Part shown: in pieces, positions 1-15,591 of the stretch
Numbering within the stretch: the first letter of the stretch is position 1
Layout: each line of letters opens with the position of its first letter
Assembly (NCBI GenBank): GCA_951406725.2
Contig: OX597819.1
Location: 17,298,001-17,362,000, forward strand
Direction of reading: 5' to 3'
Length of the DNA stretch: 64,000 bases
From: Octopus vulgaris
Taxonomy: Eukaryota
Notes under the pieces: generated by a model
Told to the model about the DNA's origin: nothing
Databases searched by the model: none
Seen by the model: the letters and a program-made list of their open reading frames with translations, nothing else
Translations under genes and position numbers: made by a program

Positions 1-698
1 CCGTTATGTTGGCAAACAATCTTGACTACAAAGTACTGTTGATGAATATATCTCGTTGGGAGATTTACAAATAGTAATTTTCTAATATTAATTCGAATAT
101 TTATAGCTTGTATTAACACTATGAATATTACTTAACATTAAGGTTTTTAATATAAATTACTTAATAAGTATAAGATTTTATTTAGATGTTTATTAAATAA
201 ATTAATTAATTAATAATTTAATTTAATGTATATAAGATTAAATTATAGTATTTAGTTTCCACTTAATGTATATTTTGTATTTTATACATATATATTTGTT
301 TTAAATATTTTAATTAATTGCATCTTATTTTTATTCTATTTTTTTTATTTAAACAAGAATATATTTGCTTAGATATTTCGTATTTTACAAGATTATTTAC
401 GTATATTTATTAATTTATCTAATTAATTATTTTATTGTTTTTATCTTTAACCTGAAGAGTGGCTATATTTATATAGAAGTGATTTTACTATTATTATTAC
501 TATTATCATTTCTTAAACATAGCCACGAAATACGCGTCGTTATTCTACCAAATATATACGTTTTATTTACTATTTTGCACATTACTTAATCATTGTTTAA
601 TGTTTTATCTTATATTAAATCTTTCTATAATATGTCATTTTTCAAAATGGTGTAATTTACTCTTTCATTATTGAATTGATAAAAGGTGTTTGTTTCTA

Positions 699-764
<66 letters not shown>

Positions 765-1165
765 ATGTGTATCATTCTTAAACAAGAATGTTCTTGATAG
801 CGACTTGAAAGTTTCGGCTAGCAAATCCATTGTCCGACAATGGGTTAGCTGGCCGAAAATTCGATGTTGTGAGTAAAAAGGTTATATTGCCTTTCGTTTG
901 AACCATTTCTTTTCTGTTGAAAAACTACTGACATCGAAATGAACAAATAGACAGAACTAATTTGGAATCGCTGACAAACTATGAAATTGTTGTAATTTTC
1001 GGAGCAAGAAATGGCAACGAACACGCTGCAGATTCGGTGAAACGCCGACTGCTACTCAAAACTTACTATGAAAGTTCGCAGAAAATTCTTGAGTGCAATT
1101 TCTTGGAAGCAGACGAGAAACAACAGAACGGATGTAGTAAATACTAACATTTAATACACACACGT

Positions 1166-1203
<38 letters not shown>

Positions 1204-1205
<2 letters not shown>

Positions 1206-1470
1206 CATCATCATCATCATTGTTCGACCGTGGTCGAGACTTTCATAGTATTTTCAAATGGCTAATAATGTGTGCGCGCGCCACTACTACACACATTGGA
1301 AAGCATTGTACAACCAAGTACTAAAGAAGATCTTTCCTCCTCCATGAAACAAAGCTGTTCCCGCTGGACCTCAACCCAGTATTTCTAAGCTACGGACCGA
1401 GTGATTTATTGTAAGGTTATCTCCCTAGATAGATTGCCTTCACTACGGCTAAGGAGCCCTTTCTACCCCA
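1204..1470 (-). mobile_element. Short non-autonomous RTE-related retroelement (RTE 5'UTR-like head plus (TGA)n tail)
   Basis: The minus strand begins ggggtagaaagggctccttagccgtagtgaaggcaatctatctagggag, resembling the ggct..tagcc..ggcaa..tctaggag motif of RTE 5' UTRs. It ends in a tcgaccacggtcga hairpin plus (tga)n. No ORF. Confidence 0.45.
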
Positions 1471-1559
1471 CATATATATACACACACACATAACTCTCAA
1501 AGCTCACCAAGAATTTTTAGATAAGAAGCACGCTTTTTCGTTTCACACACAGAATATTT

Positions 1560-1570
1560 ATATATATAAT

Positions 1571-1642
<72 letters not shown>

Positions 1643-1921
1643 AACATTTATAGATTTAAATATAAATAGTATACATACATGCACACACACATACATATAT
1701 ACATACATACAGCCATACATACATACATGCATACACACACAATATTTATATCTATAATTATGTGTATATACATATATACACATCATATAAATGTTTATAG
1801 ATTTAAATATACATATTATACATACATGCACACACATACATATATATATATACAAACAGCCATATATACATATATACATACATACACACACTCAATATCT
1901 ATATCTATAATTATGTGTGCG

Positions 1922-1952
<31 letters not shown>

Positions 1953-2085
1953 ACATTTATAGATTTAAATATACATATTATACATACATGCATACACATA
2001 CACATATACATACATACAGCCATACATACATACATACATACATACATACATACATACATACATACATACATACATACATACATAC
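1560..2085. repeat. Compound minisatellite: about three copies of a 150-190 bp unit built from (TA)n/(CATA)n
   Basis: The anchors tataattatgtgt, tttatagatttaaatata and acagccata recur in units starting near 1565, 1755 and 1906. Confidence 0.8.
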
Positions 2086-3406
2086 ACTCTCAGCCCATGA
2101 ATGTAAGTTCTGGGCGTTGTAAAATACGTATTGCACATAAGTAATGTTATAAAAATATTATTTGGTTTTCTGTAATTTATAAAAGAAAAAAAAAATTCAC
2201 AGAAATTTTTGTCATACTCGGTATTGAATCGCATGTATTTCCTTTTCACAACTGGTTGTGAGGTGAATAATATGTTGCTTTTTAATCCAGAGGCACGCAA
2301 ATAATTTGGACGTAGTTCCCTCATAACCAGCCAATGAATTTGATATGGTAGACAAACGTCTCTTAATTTACGCTCTGCCATTTAATGAAAATAAAGAAAA
2401 AATATACATTCTTTACATGTTATGGCGAGCATTCATTTATTGTTTTAGCGGGACAAGGCACTGACGTGAAGTCATATTAAGGCTCCATCATTGAGAACCC
2501 TACTTTTATTTTCTCTTACCTTTCCAATATTTTTATTACGTATTTCATCGACTATATTTGTCAAATTGATAACTTATAGAATATAATAAAACGGTATTGC
2601 TTTTCATTGACTGGTGTACTCGGAGCGCGGCACGCGCACACGCACACACATATCTCACAGATGATGCACTTTGACCCCTATGACGTAATTTGTCGTTGAG
2701 CATTCGCATTAGATAAATGCCTTATTTAAATAAATGATTTACATGTTCGAGGTATGGTCCATGCAAGAAAAGAAAAAATCCCTGGGATAATTTGCGCTTT
2801 CTAACTTGATATATTTACTAGCATTGGTACGCAGAGTTTTAGTTACTACATCACTAAGACAAAATAAATTTCGATTATATATATATATAAAAAAGGTCGC
2901 TTTATTCCTCTTCTTCGACTTAAGCCGCTTATTGTACTAAAACCTTGTTGATGACTATAATGTATACTGTATGTTTGCCTGTAGAACATGATATCACTGG
3001 TTCATAAGTAAAGATATCCATACCCTCTTTGTCGTGTATATCCGAGAGTTCTTATTTCCATCAATGTCTCTTACACATTGGTCATAGAACCTGATTATCT
3101 TTATTCGTCGAGCACTCTAGGTAGATATATATATATATACCTCGTTTACATGTATTCAAATGTAATAATGTATTGCTCATGTGCATCTAATTGACACACA
3201 CACAGACATGTATGTATGTCATTGTTCAGTTGTAATTCAAGATTTCTTGCCAATAGAGAAAGAGCCGGTTTCTAACCTAGATCCATGGCTCCTTTATTGG
3301 AATTTCAACATCAACAACAGGGCCTTTTTGTTTGTATGTATGTATGTATGTATGTATGTATGTATGTATGTATGTATGTATGTACGTGTGTATACAGGTA
3401 TGTGTG

Positions 3407-3450
<44 letters not shown>

Positions 3451-3613
3451 CATATTCGTGGCAAGTAGATATACGTACATACACATATATGCCTGTATGT
3501 GTAACCAGATATACGCATACACTTATATGAGAGTATGTGTGTGTATCTGACGGTATGTATGTGCCGTTGAATGTACCTATGTATGTATATATGTATGTAT
3601 GTATATATGTTTG

Positions 3614-3647
<34 letters not shown>

Positions 3648-4106
3648 TGTATGTATGTATGTATGTATGTATGTTTGTATGTATGTAAGTAAGAATGCAT
3701 TTCACCTTACCAGAAATAACACTCTCTCCCCGAATGTAAAGCAAAAAAAAAAAAAAAAGAGAAAAAGAGAAAAAAAATGAAAATCCAAACAGCAAGAAAA
3801 AGAAGAAAGAACCTTCTGTTACATATCAGCTGTGTGTTATCTTGACGGGGTGGAAAAAGTCATTGATGTAGACATAGAACGCACACCATTGTACAGTAGA
3901 AGGCCGTGTTTGGTTTTACTCTCAGACACGTACAGAATCACTGACGAGAAGATTATTCTGGTAAGAGGCGTTATCAGAAGAATTTATGGCCAACATCAGA
4001 AGGAAACAAATTGGCGCGGTTCTACTCACCGTCTTTCAGACATACACATATAGAAACACCACACACATACACACTGGCTTATTTATATACTGATGTATAC
4101 GCACAC

Positions 4107-4187
<81 letters not shown>

Positions 4188-4320
4188 TATGCATATATGT
4201 ATGTATGCATATATGTATGTATGTATGTGTGCATATGTATATATACACACACAAACACACAAACAGACACACACACACATACACACATGTCTATGTGTGT
4301 TTGTGTCTGTATGTATGTGA

Positions 4321-4355
<35 letters not shown>

Positions 4356-4396
4356 CATACATATGCTTGCATGTGTGTGTGTGTGTGTGCATGTAT

Positions 4397-4433
<37 letters not shown>

Positions 4434-4712
4434 TCACATACATACAGACACAAACACACATAAACATGTGTGTATGTGTGTGTGTCTGTTTGTGTGTGTG
4501 TGTATATACATATGCACACATACATACATACATATATACATATATATATATATACATACACTTGCGTGTGCGCACGTGTGTGTGCATATAGTATATATGT
4601 ATTATGTATATATATATATATATATATATATAGATAGAGAGAGAGAGAGAGAGATGGATACATACATACGTACATACATACATACATACATACATATATA
4701 CATACATCATAC

Positions 4713-4770
4713 ATACATAGACATAGATAGATAGATAGACAGATAGATAGACAGACAGATAGATAGATAA

Positions 4771-4842
<72 letters not shown>

Positions 4843-4843
4843 G

Positions 4844-4922
<79 letters not shown>

Positions 4923-4935
4923 GAAGATAGAGATA
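4713..4935. repeat. (GATA)n microsatellite
   Basis: Long agat/agac tetranucleotide run. Confidence 0.95.
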
Positions 4936-5466
4936 TATATTTATAGGCTCAGCAATGTAGACCCAGTGATAAATATAGATTTTCTTTACTGCAGTTTGAT
5001 CGCTGTGCACTTCTTTCAGTTGAAAGCCACACTTGGCAGTAATCATAAGGGTGCTTGCGTACCTAGGGTGGAATTTAGGGAGAATTAAGCGTTCCAGTTG
5101 TTCACTGCTAGAAATACCAGGGGATAAATATCCGAAAAGACAGCCTTTACGAATAAAAATGACCATTGTGTATAGTAATTAAAAGTAACTGCGAGTGTAT
5201 GTGTTAATTCGTATGTCAGAAAAGTATGTATTTGTGTGTGTGTGTGTGTGAATATATGTGTTTTTGTGAGCTTAACAACATCGTTTGATGAAAGTTGGAT
5301 GAATTTAGCGGGCATCGGTCTCTTGTCGGAGGACAACCTAAACCATTTCTATGAAAAGTAACGAACTTTATCAAGAAAACAACCAGGTAATCTAAGACTA
5401 TACGTTTTGAATAAGTCCCGAACATAAAAACAAAATTTCAACCTGCGATTAATATATTAATACAAA

Positions 5467-5695
5467 GCGGCGAGCTGGCAGAATCGTTAGCACGCCGGGT
5501 GAGATGCTTAGCGGTATTTCCTCTGCCGTTACGTTCTGAGTTCAAATTCCGCCGAGGTCGACTTTGCCTTTGATCCTTTCAGGGTCGATAAATTAAGTAC
5601 CAGTTGCGCACTGGGGTCGATGTAATCAACTTAATTCCTTTGACTGTCCTTGTTTGTCCCCTCTATGTTTAGCCCCTTGTGGGCTAAAAATAAAA
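5467..5695 (+). mobile_element. tRNA-derived SINE, family A
   Basis: A-box-like tggcagaatcgttagc, B-box gagttcaaattcc, central gtcgactttgcctttgatcctttcagggtcgataaattaagtaccag, and tail gccccttgtgggc. Matches more than ten other copies in the window. Confidence 0.9.
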
Positions 5696-5884
5696 TTAAT
5701 ATAGAATAAAATTAATGTAGTAGCCGAAGACTGGGTGTTTGGGTTGTGTGTCGTGAAATAAACAGCCAGCTACAACTTACGTATAGGATATTTGATATTT
5801 AAAACCTGGTTGTTTTCTTGATAAAGTGAACATTTATATCAGCGTGGATAAAAATATAGGTTTGTACGCTTATATTTTGCACCT

Positions 5885-5937
<53 letters not shown>

Positions 5938-6365
5938 CACACATACACACAGATATTTTTGTTTGTATATGTGTGTATATATATATAAATATATATGTGT
6001 GTGTGTGTGTGTGTGTATGCGTGTGTATGTATGCGTGTGTATGTATGTGGGGTATGTACGTGTATGAGTGTGTATGAGCGGGTATGAGTACACACGCATG
6101 TGTGTACATAAATGTGTAATTTTTACAACGATTGACAGCGACTCTGAAGTTGGCTTAGTCAGACGACCTGAAGACAGCGACTGTTCAGAAACTTCGAAGT
6201 CACTCTCAAACTTTTATTGCTAAAAATAAGATAAAATAAATATTTTATTTAAATATATTGAGCGAGCATTCAATTAACGTTTCATGATTTTTCCCCCTAT
6301 GCACTTAGTGCAAAGCATTGAAAGATCGTATACTCATACTTACGCTCGCACATATATATATATAT

Positions 6366-6479
<114 letters not shown>

Positions 6480-6507
6480 TTGTCATTATTATTATCATTA
6501 TTTCAGT

Positions 6508-6892
6508 GTGGAGGCGCAATGGCCCAGTGGTTAGAGCAGCGGACTCGCGGTCACAGGATCGCGGTTTCGATTCCTAGACCGGGCGTTGCGAGTGTTTATT
6601 GAGCGAAAATACCTAAAGCTCCACGAGGCTCCGGCAGGGGATGGTGGTGATCCCCTGCTGTACTCTTTCACCACAACTTTCTCTCACTCTTACTTCCTGT
6701 TTCTGTTGTACCTGTATTTCAAAGGGCCGGCCTTGTCCCTCTCTGTGTCACGCTGAATATCCCCGAGAACTACGTTAAGGGTACACGTGTCTGTGGAGTG
6801 CTCAGCCACTTACACGTTAATTTCATGAGCAGGCTGTTCCGTTGATTCGGATCAACCGGAACCCTCGTCGTCGTAACCGACGGTGTGCTTCC
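6508..6892 (+). mobile_element. tRNA-derived SINE, family B, tail type 1
   Basis: A-box tggcccagtggttag and B-box ggtttcgattcc. Near-identical to the reverse complement of 12628-13015. Confidence 0.9.
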
Positions 6893-7139
6893 CTCCCATA
6901 TATATATGTATGAATATCTATCTATCTGTCTGTCTGTCTGTCTGTCTGTCTTTCTATGTGCTTTATCGCCAGTTTCTGTTATAGAGCTCGGCCATTTTAG
7001 GGAACCGCCTTGAAGGACTTTCTTGAACAAATCAATCACAACACAACCTTCAAGTCTAATATTTATTCAATCGTTTTATTTTTAAATTTTGCAACTAAAA
7101 TAAAGGAAGCAGGGTGAGGGACACACACACAACGACTCA

Positions 7140-7312
7140 CATCCCACAGTTCCACACTTCCACGCAGTTTCCCCTCTACCAAATTCCTTTAGAAGGAATG
7201 AGTTGGACCAGGCCTTTAGTAAATGACACTTGCCCAAGGTGCTACGCAGAGGAAGTGAACGCGAAAGCACGTGATTGCAAAGCCAGATTGTTAACCACCC
7301 AACGATGCCTGT
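7140..7312 (-). mobile_element. Degenerate SINE family D head
   Basis: gacacttgcccaaggtgctacgcag matches the family D copies at 51506 and 52573. Confidence 0.65.
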
Positions 7313-7341
7313 ACCTAGTTAAGATGCCTGCATACACAAAT

Positions 7342-7395
<54 letters not shown>

Positions 7396-7429
7396 CGCAC
7401 ACACACACACACATATATATATATATACA

Positions 7430-7460
<31 letters not shown>

Positions 7461-7694
7461 TTACACAGGCAGACGTAGATATATATATATACATACATAC
7501 ATATTTACACAGGCAGACGTAGATATATATATATACATACATACATATATATGCGTGTTTCTGTGCGTAAAAATAAACATTGATGTATACAAACATTTGT
7601 GCGTATGTGTGTGTGTGTTTGTGTATATATATATATATATACACGCATGTACATATCTATATATACATACATAGATACATATATATATACATAG

Positions 7695-7737
<43 letters not shown>

Positions 7738-8120
7738 TACATAGATACATACATATACATATAGACAAAAACACACACACACACACACACACACTCACAC
7801 ACACATATATATAGCCATGGAGGGGAGCTTGTGTATAGAGAGATAGCGTGTGTGAAGCTATGTGCGTCAAATGTGGTTATTTTTAGGTGAAGCAACAACT
7901 AATCTTATTAATCTCTTTTACGTAATTGTAACATTTTCTCCTTCGCTTTAATCTTGCCTTCCTTCTTTCCTTCTTTTTCTTTTTATCTTCTTCTTTGCTT
8001 CCTTCGTTTCCTTCTGTCTTTCTTTTTCTCCTTCTGTCTTTCTTTCTTTCTTCCTCTCTTTCTTAGATGTATAATTAATTCATTTTCACAGTTGGTTTCC
8101 TATAAAGATTCATAAATACA

Positions 8121-8162
<42 letters not shown>

Positions 8163-8291
8163 TATCACACGCACACACAGAGACACACACACATACACAC
8201 ACACGGACACACATAGATACACATTTATACACATTTATACACACATAACTCACAATTACAAGCACACACATAAATACATGCACACATGCAC

Positions 8292-8352
<61 letters not shown>

Positions 8353-8788
8353 AACACGCAATCACAGATAGATTCGAACACATGCACACATATTAAATGT
8401 TACGTATATAAATTATCTGAGGCTCAGATAATCGCTTGTGTTTAATCCCATGGATATGAACATATCAACAAAATTCTAATCCTTGTGTGCATCTAAATAT
8501 ATTTATGTGTGAGTGTGTATGTATCTGTTTATATGTATATGTGAATGTGCGTGCCTATCTCTGCCTGAATCTGTCTGTCAATGTATCTGTATGTATGTAC
8601 GTACGCACGCGCGCGCACACAATACACACATACACACACACATCTATATTTATATATATATATATATATGCATACATGCTTCCATGTTGTGACTTCCGCT
8701 GCAGTCCACTATTTGAAATAGTCTTGTAATAATACCACCCGCCGTTAAATGCCAACTCTACTTCAACCCGTAATGTACATACTAATAC

Positions 8789-8846
<58 letters not shown>

Positions 8847-9462
8847 TGTGTGTGTTTGTGTAGGAATATATATAGAAAACTCAAATATTCGCACACATAT
8901 TATGCACATCCACAGAGACCCATCCACTACATCCATACACCTATTGATATAAGGCTAATATATGCGTGTTTATAGCCTAAAAGCACATAGAAATATATAT
9001 ACATATATACATAGGAAATTACTTAAGAGCTATCCTGTCAAATTCTATAGAAAGAAAAAAAAAATGCACGAAACCCTAATTCTCTTGATGAATGATGTGT
9101 CAGAAATCACATTGCTAATTCACCGTAAAGGAGCTGATGCAACGTAATAATAAGAGTACAGGCAAACTTCCTGCGTTAGCATTGGACTGTAAGTTACATG
9201 AAGACATGTTTATAACTTTGAAGAAACATTTCAGACGTTCTCATATTGACGAACAGTGACACTGATGTTGCAGTTGGTAAAAAACCTAAAGCGGAACATT
9301 AAAGAAACATTTCAAAACGTCCTTTTCTATTCTGTAAATTTTATTTATTGTGCTATAACTAAGTGTATATTTCTGTTTATAAAATTAAAAAAATATATAT
9401 ATATAATTAAAATATATTGCCACAGATTGGCTTGTTTGGCAAGGTTATATACACCGATAAGA

Positions 9463-9694
9463 AGGCGGCGAGCTGGCAGACGCGTTAGCGCGCCGGGCGA
9501 AACGCTTAGCGGTATTTCGTCTGTCGTTACGTTCTGAGTTCAAATTCCACCGAGGTCGACTTTGCCTTTCATCCTTTCGGAGTCGATAAATAAAGTACCA
9601 GTTTCGCACTGGGGTCGATGTAATCGACTTAATCCGTTTGTCTGTCCTTGTTTGTCTCCTCTATGTTTAGCCCCTCGTGGGCAATAAAGAAATA
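9463..9694 (+). mobile_element. SINE family A, full length with 16-bp TSD
   Basis: TSD tatatacaccgataag at 9446-9461 and 9695-9710. Confidence 0.95.
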
Positions 9695-10447
9695 TATATA
9701 CACCGATAAGTCCTAACAGCGCTTCCTAGCGCGTTCATGTTGTCTTCGCCTACAAACATAACACATTATTTTCCATAGGTGTATAGAATGTAGCTAAAGA
9801 GATGTTAATTCTAAATTTCTTTAAGTTGTCTCCCTTTTTCTTTGACAATCTTCAATAACTGTCGCTAGGTTTTCGTTTCCTTTCTCCGACAAAAGAGGAA
9901 ATCTCAATTACTAAAAATAATCTTAGCGTGCAACATTCAATATAACGAACGGTGCTTAATATTCTTTTTGTCATTCAAATTTATGCCGTTGATTCATTTC
10001 CCATATTTCTCTCTTTTTTTTTTTTTGTTGTATCTGAGAAATAATTTATGGTTACTCGATTTAAAAAATAAAAATTAACTTATAAAAACAGAAAAGCCAC
10101 AGTTGAACTATTGAAATACAAACCGAGGTATTAGATACCCTACATCACCGAAGAGACTGATTGTCAGCCCATCAGACCCTAAACCAGCCTATCAAAACTT
10201 CAAAGTGGATGAGAGCAGATAAACAATATATCATTAAAAGTACATGACCAGGAAAAGATCCAAAATACAGATTAAACAGAAAGTTCCCAGCCCAATTTAA
10301 AAGAAGAGTAGAAACATTTCCAAGAACTGACAATAATATTTGAACAGAGCAGGGTAATCTGTCAAAATAGCTGCCAAGTGCCATCAGTTCTCACTATAAC
10401 AGAGAAACTACTCAAGATAGAACTTTGCGACAGCACACGACACCATG

Positions 10448-10521
<74 letters not shown>

Positions 10522-10846
10522 ACACACACACACATATATATGATCAAAATAAGCAACAAGGATATCCAGAGGTAATGCAGTACGACCGTTTCATGCGACT
10601 CCATTTAACTGAACAATGCAAATATTACATCAGTTTTAAAATGTAGAGCAATCTTCGGCTGCATAAAAATATAGAATTTAGTTAAATGCAAAGAATTCAT
10701 TTGCATAGTTATTCTTTTAACCAAAATCACAAAGAGGATAAGTAGATAGACAAAGGACATGTTTCATCAACAACATCATAGTTGTAACTCAGTTCTGGTG
10801 CCTTTAACTTAAGTACCATATTCAACTGAATCTAAATTTTACTGAT

Positions 10847-10889
<43 letters not shown>

Positions 10890-11863
10890 TGTGTTCTCTA
10901 TCAATCTGGAGTGGATGAAATACATAGCAGTAATTTAATGGGGTAGAGGGTAACTAATATGCTGCTGTTATTGCAAAATATGGAGACTTGTTAGAAAATT
11001 ACTGTTTTACAATCTCACAACGAGAGATATTCAGCAACAGTACTTAGGAGTAAAGATTGTTTGCCGACATTACATGGCAGTCCTGGTTTAGGACGAATGT
11101 TGCTGTAATTTAGCCCCAGGTGACATCGTCTCCAGCTGGCTATGCAACACGATGTGTGTCCTGTCCTTATCTTTTTGAACAAGGGAATCCCTTGATCGAA
11201 AATATAAGGACACAGATCGTGTCGTATAGCCAGCTGGAAACGATGTCTCATGGGGCCCTGTGCCTAAATGAAATGCAAAATCGTTATATTCTCAGCTCCA
11301 AATGTGACTCTTTACTCCACCTTCATCCCCACCATCACCGTAGGCGTTGTTGAGACCACATTTGTCATCGTTTGTCGTCATTATCGTCGTCGCCGTTGCA
11401 GCTACCACCAATAGCCGCCACCACCAAAGCCAGCCACCCCCTCATCCTAAGTTTCGTCCTCCCTTCTTCCTCCTGCGTGTATGTATTTCCTCTCCTATTT
11501 TCAATTATTCGAACCCCATCTTTAAGGAAGGAGCTGGTTCTTATCAAAGATACACCGCTCCGTCATAAGAATGTAGATGAATAATACAATGCCACATATT
11601 GAACTTGAGAAAAGTCTTGCTTCTCTCTCCTGCTTCACTTACAGATCGCATTTGTAAGGTGCGTGGGGAATTCTATCACTGGTAGCGCAACGTATGATTA
11701 TTTTAGTTTAGCTGTTGTCTGCTGGAAACTTTATCTGGAGATCATATCGTTGGTGACATTATATCGGTCTTCCTGTTTTACTTAACTATTTCTATGGTCT
11801 GTTATTGGCTGTACTTTCAAATTTTGTTGCAGTTGTCTAGTAGTGAGAGGTGAATACAAAGAT

Positions 11864-11919
<56 letters not shown>

Positions 11920-12109
11920 TAGGGACTTCCACACAGTTTTCATCTACAAAATTTTTTATACAAGACAAGATCAGCAAAGAGCAATAGTAGAAGTCCTTCC
12001 TCAAAGTTCCAAGCAGTGGAACCGAACCAGAAACCCGGTGGTTGCGAAGCTAGCTTCTATTGATATTACAACTCTTTCGCTATTTTATAAGTACATATTA
12101 AGTATGTCG

Positions 12110-13140
12110 GGTCTCTAATTGGAGACCCCAACACAATTAGTATTACAAATGCCTCTGTATTTTGGTTAACCACTTGTCTATTCTGTTTCTCGCTTTACCT
12201 TGATGTCTCATCGTTGTGGATATAGCATGTATCTTCTTTAGTAAGCACATAGTTGCATCACTCGCTTGAAATCTTGATAATTCTTCAAATTATCTTTTAC
12301 CTTGGTCGAAACTTTAGTCATCCCAGGTATTACAATGTCAATTAGGCCAATTTCTGTCTACTACAGCACAATATCTGGTTTCCTTCTTTCTATAATATGG
12401 TTGCATTAGCTTGTGAAATCCTAAAAGGTTTTAATGTTCTTTGACTCGATTTTATGGAAATGCTGGTGTTCAAACAAATTCTGTGTCCTTGTTAATATAT
12501 ATTCCTCTCACATAATTCCCAGTGGACTATTCACGAGACGCTATAATGTCTTCTCTGATATTTCGTCGGTAATATTTCACTGTATACACTTACCAAATAT
12601 TCTACTCCTTCAATATTATATCCTGCTGGATGGAAGCACTCCGTCGGTTACGACGACGAGGGTTCCGGTTGATCCGAATCAACGGAACAGCCTGCTCGTG
12701 AAATTAACGTGTAAGTGGCTGAGCACTCCACAGACACGTGTACCCTTAACGTAGTTCTCGGAGATATTCAGCGTGACACAGAGAGTGACAAGGCTGGCCC
12801 TTTGAAATACAGGTACAACAGAAACAGGAAGTAAGTGTGAGAGAAAGTTGTGGTGAAAGAGTACAGCAGGGATCACCACCATCCCCTGCCGGAGCCTCGT
12901 GGAGCTTCAGGTGTTTTCGCTCAATAAACACTCACAACGCCCGGTCTGGGAATCGAAACCGCGATCCTATGACCGCGAGTCCGCTGCCCTAACCACTAGG
13001 CCATTGCGCCTCCACTATATCCTGCTACATACTAACGAAATAGTTTTATTTGTATAGATGTTGGTGAAATGTGTTCTAAGATCCACTTCTTGTGCTGTAG
13101 ACATTAATTAACCAGCCTTAACATGCTGACGAGGGTGCGT
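12110..13140 (-). pseudogene. Decayed R4/Dong-like LINE C-terminus (zinc knuckle plus restriction-like endonuclease), split by a SINE
   Basis: The minus-strand peptides TAQEVDLRT, VHWELC, NHIIERRKPDIV, IDIVIPG and NYQDF match the CCHC/REL PD..D region of R2-group LINEs. Many stops and frameshifts. Confidence 0.75.
12628..13015 (-). mobile_element. SINE family B, tail type 1, with 11-bp TSD
   Basis: TSD tatatcctgct at 12617-12627 and 13016-13026. Homologous to 6508-6892. Confidence 0.95.
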
Positions 13141-13670
13141 CTGCATGCCGAGCGGCTTTCTAAAATAATTTAAGGGCACATCGTATAGCAGAGGCCCAAA
13201 TAACCCAAGGGGATAAAAAAAAAAGATATGACTACATCTGGAACAATTTTGATGAGTTTTAAGTAATGATGACTGGAGTAAAACAATAACAGAGGCAATG
13301 AGGGTTCGGTACCAGCCTCTCTCTCTTTCTCTCTGTCACTCTTTCTGTCTCTCTATCTCTCTCTATGCACACACCATGCACACATATATACAAAATATTA
13401 TCCTAGTGCACAGAGGTTTGGTAAATATAATCGTATGCATAGGTATGTCTGTATGCATATGTGCGTGTGTGTGTGTGTGTCGGAGCTTTATCAGCTTAGA
13501 GTTGTTTCTACTTTATGATGGAATACACTCATAATTGAGGGGTTGTGTGTCATCCCGCAGCTTCATTGTGAACTAACAACGAATAAAAATATTTCTCTTT
13601 CCCACTGCACGTTTTTCTCTTTATTCTAATTGATGAAGAATTAAAGTCCGAAACGTTAACACACACACAT

Positions 13671-14122
<452 letters not shown>

Positions 14123-14514
14123 TATATATATATGTATATAGATATATATATATGCCCTCATTTGTTGTCTTCATAGTGTTCATTGTATTAACACTATATA
14201 CTTATTGTCATACATGCATTTATAGACACACAGACACTCACACTCACATTTCTCTCTCTCTCGCTCTCTCGCTCTCTCTCTCTCTCTATATATATTTAAC
14301 CGTCTGTTAAATTTTCTTATCTATCACCGTGATAGGATAGCCTATACCGTCAACCAAACCAAGACAAACTGTCCGTTCATTTTTCATTCATTGTTAAACT
14401 CTATCCATTTCCAAGTTATCTCATCTTCAATTCTCCTGATGCCATACATTTTTCAGTCTTAACCATTCCTCCAATCCTAATCTTTTTCCACCAGCAATTC
14501 TCCACTATTTCTTA

Positions 14515-14551
<37 letters not shown>

Positions 14552-14826
14552 CCCTCTCCATTTCTCACATCCAATTAATTTTCTCTCTCACACTTTACTG
14601 GGTATATATGTTTATGTAATGATACATGTACACTCATTGCTTTCCCAGTTCTATCATTTCAACTACAAATCCATTTTCCATTCCGTTTTAATATTTCTCT
14701 CGTAAAACTCACAAGAAATATGTTCCACATGTTTAATAGATGTTTGCTGTTATTATTTACATTAATTGAAGCACTAAGTTGTGGCTCTCTGCCAGTCTTA
14801 CCAGTCATTCTCACTTCTTCTCGTAC

Positions 14827-14857
14827 TTGTTGGTGTTGTTGTTGTTGTTGTTGTTCT

Positions 14858-14931
<74 letters not shown>

Positions 14932-15075
14932 TTCTTCTCCTTCCTCTTCATCTTCTTTATCTTCTTCTTCTTCTTCTTCTTCTTCTCCTTCTTCTTCTTC
15001 TTCTTCTTCTTCTTCTTCTTCTTCTGCTAACAACAACAACATTAATAATAATAGTTGTTGTTGTTGTTATTGTTG
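14827..15075. repeat. (GTT)n/(TTC)n/(AAC)n compound trinucleotide microsatellite
   Basis: Read directly from the sequence. It is the source of the poly-E/S/L/F ORFs. Confidence 0.95.
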
Positions 15076-15149
15076 ATGTAAAGAACTTCGCTGAAGGTAC
15101 CCATCGTCCAGGGCAAACTGACCTAACGTTTAACTGCATAATAAATTGC

Positions 15150-15520
<371 letters not shown>

Positions 15521-15551
15521 TGGTCTGTGTCGTGACCGAAGGGGGTCTCTC

Positions 15552-15591
<40 letters not shown>

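Noticed and set aside
1965-2381. ORF MAERKLRDVCLPYQIHW...
   Set aside because: No recognisable homology, and it ends in microsatellite.
6508-6585. tRNA-like sequences at SINE heads (also 13817, 15270, 51850)
   Set aside because: A and B boxes are present, but the heads continue into multi-copy SINE bodies and lack a clean cloverleaf, so they are not called tRNA genes.
10100-10850. Possible decayed Penelope C-terminus
   Set aside because: Only vague compositional resemblance, with no diagnostic GIY-YIG motif recovered.
14720-15076. ORF starting with a signal-peptide-like MFHMFNRCLLLLFTLIEALSC
   Set aside because: It runs straight into (GTT)n/(TTC)n, and I see no recognisable domain or clear splice context.
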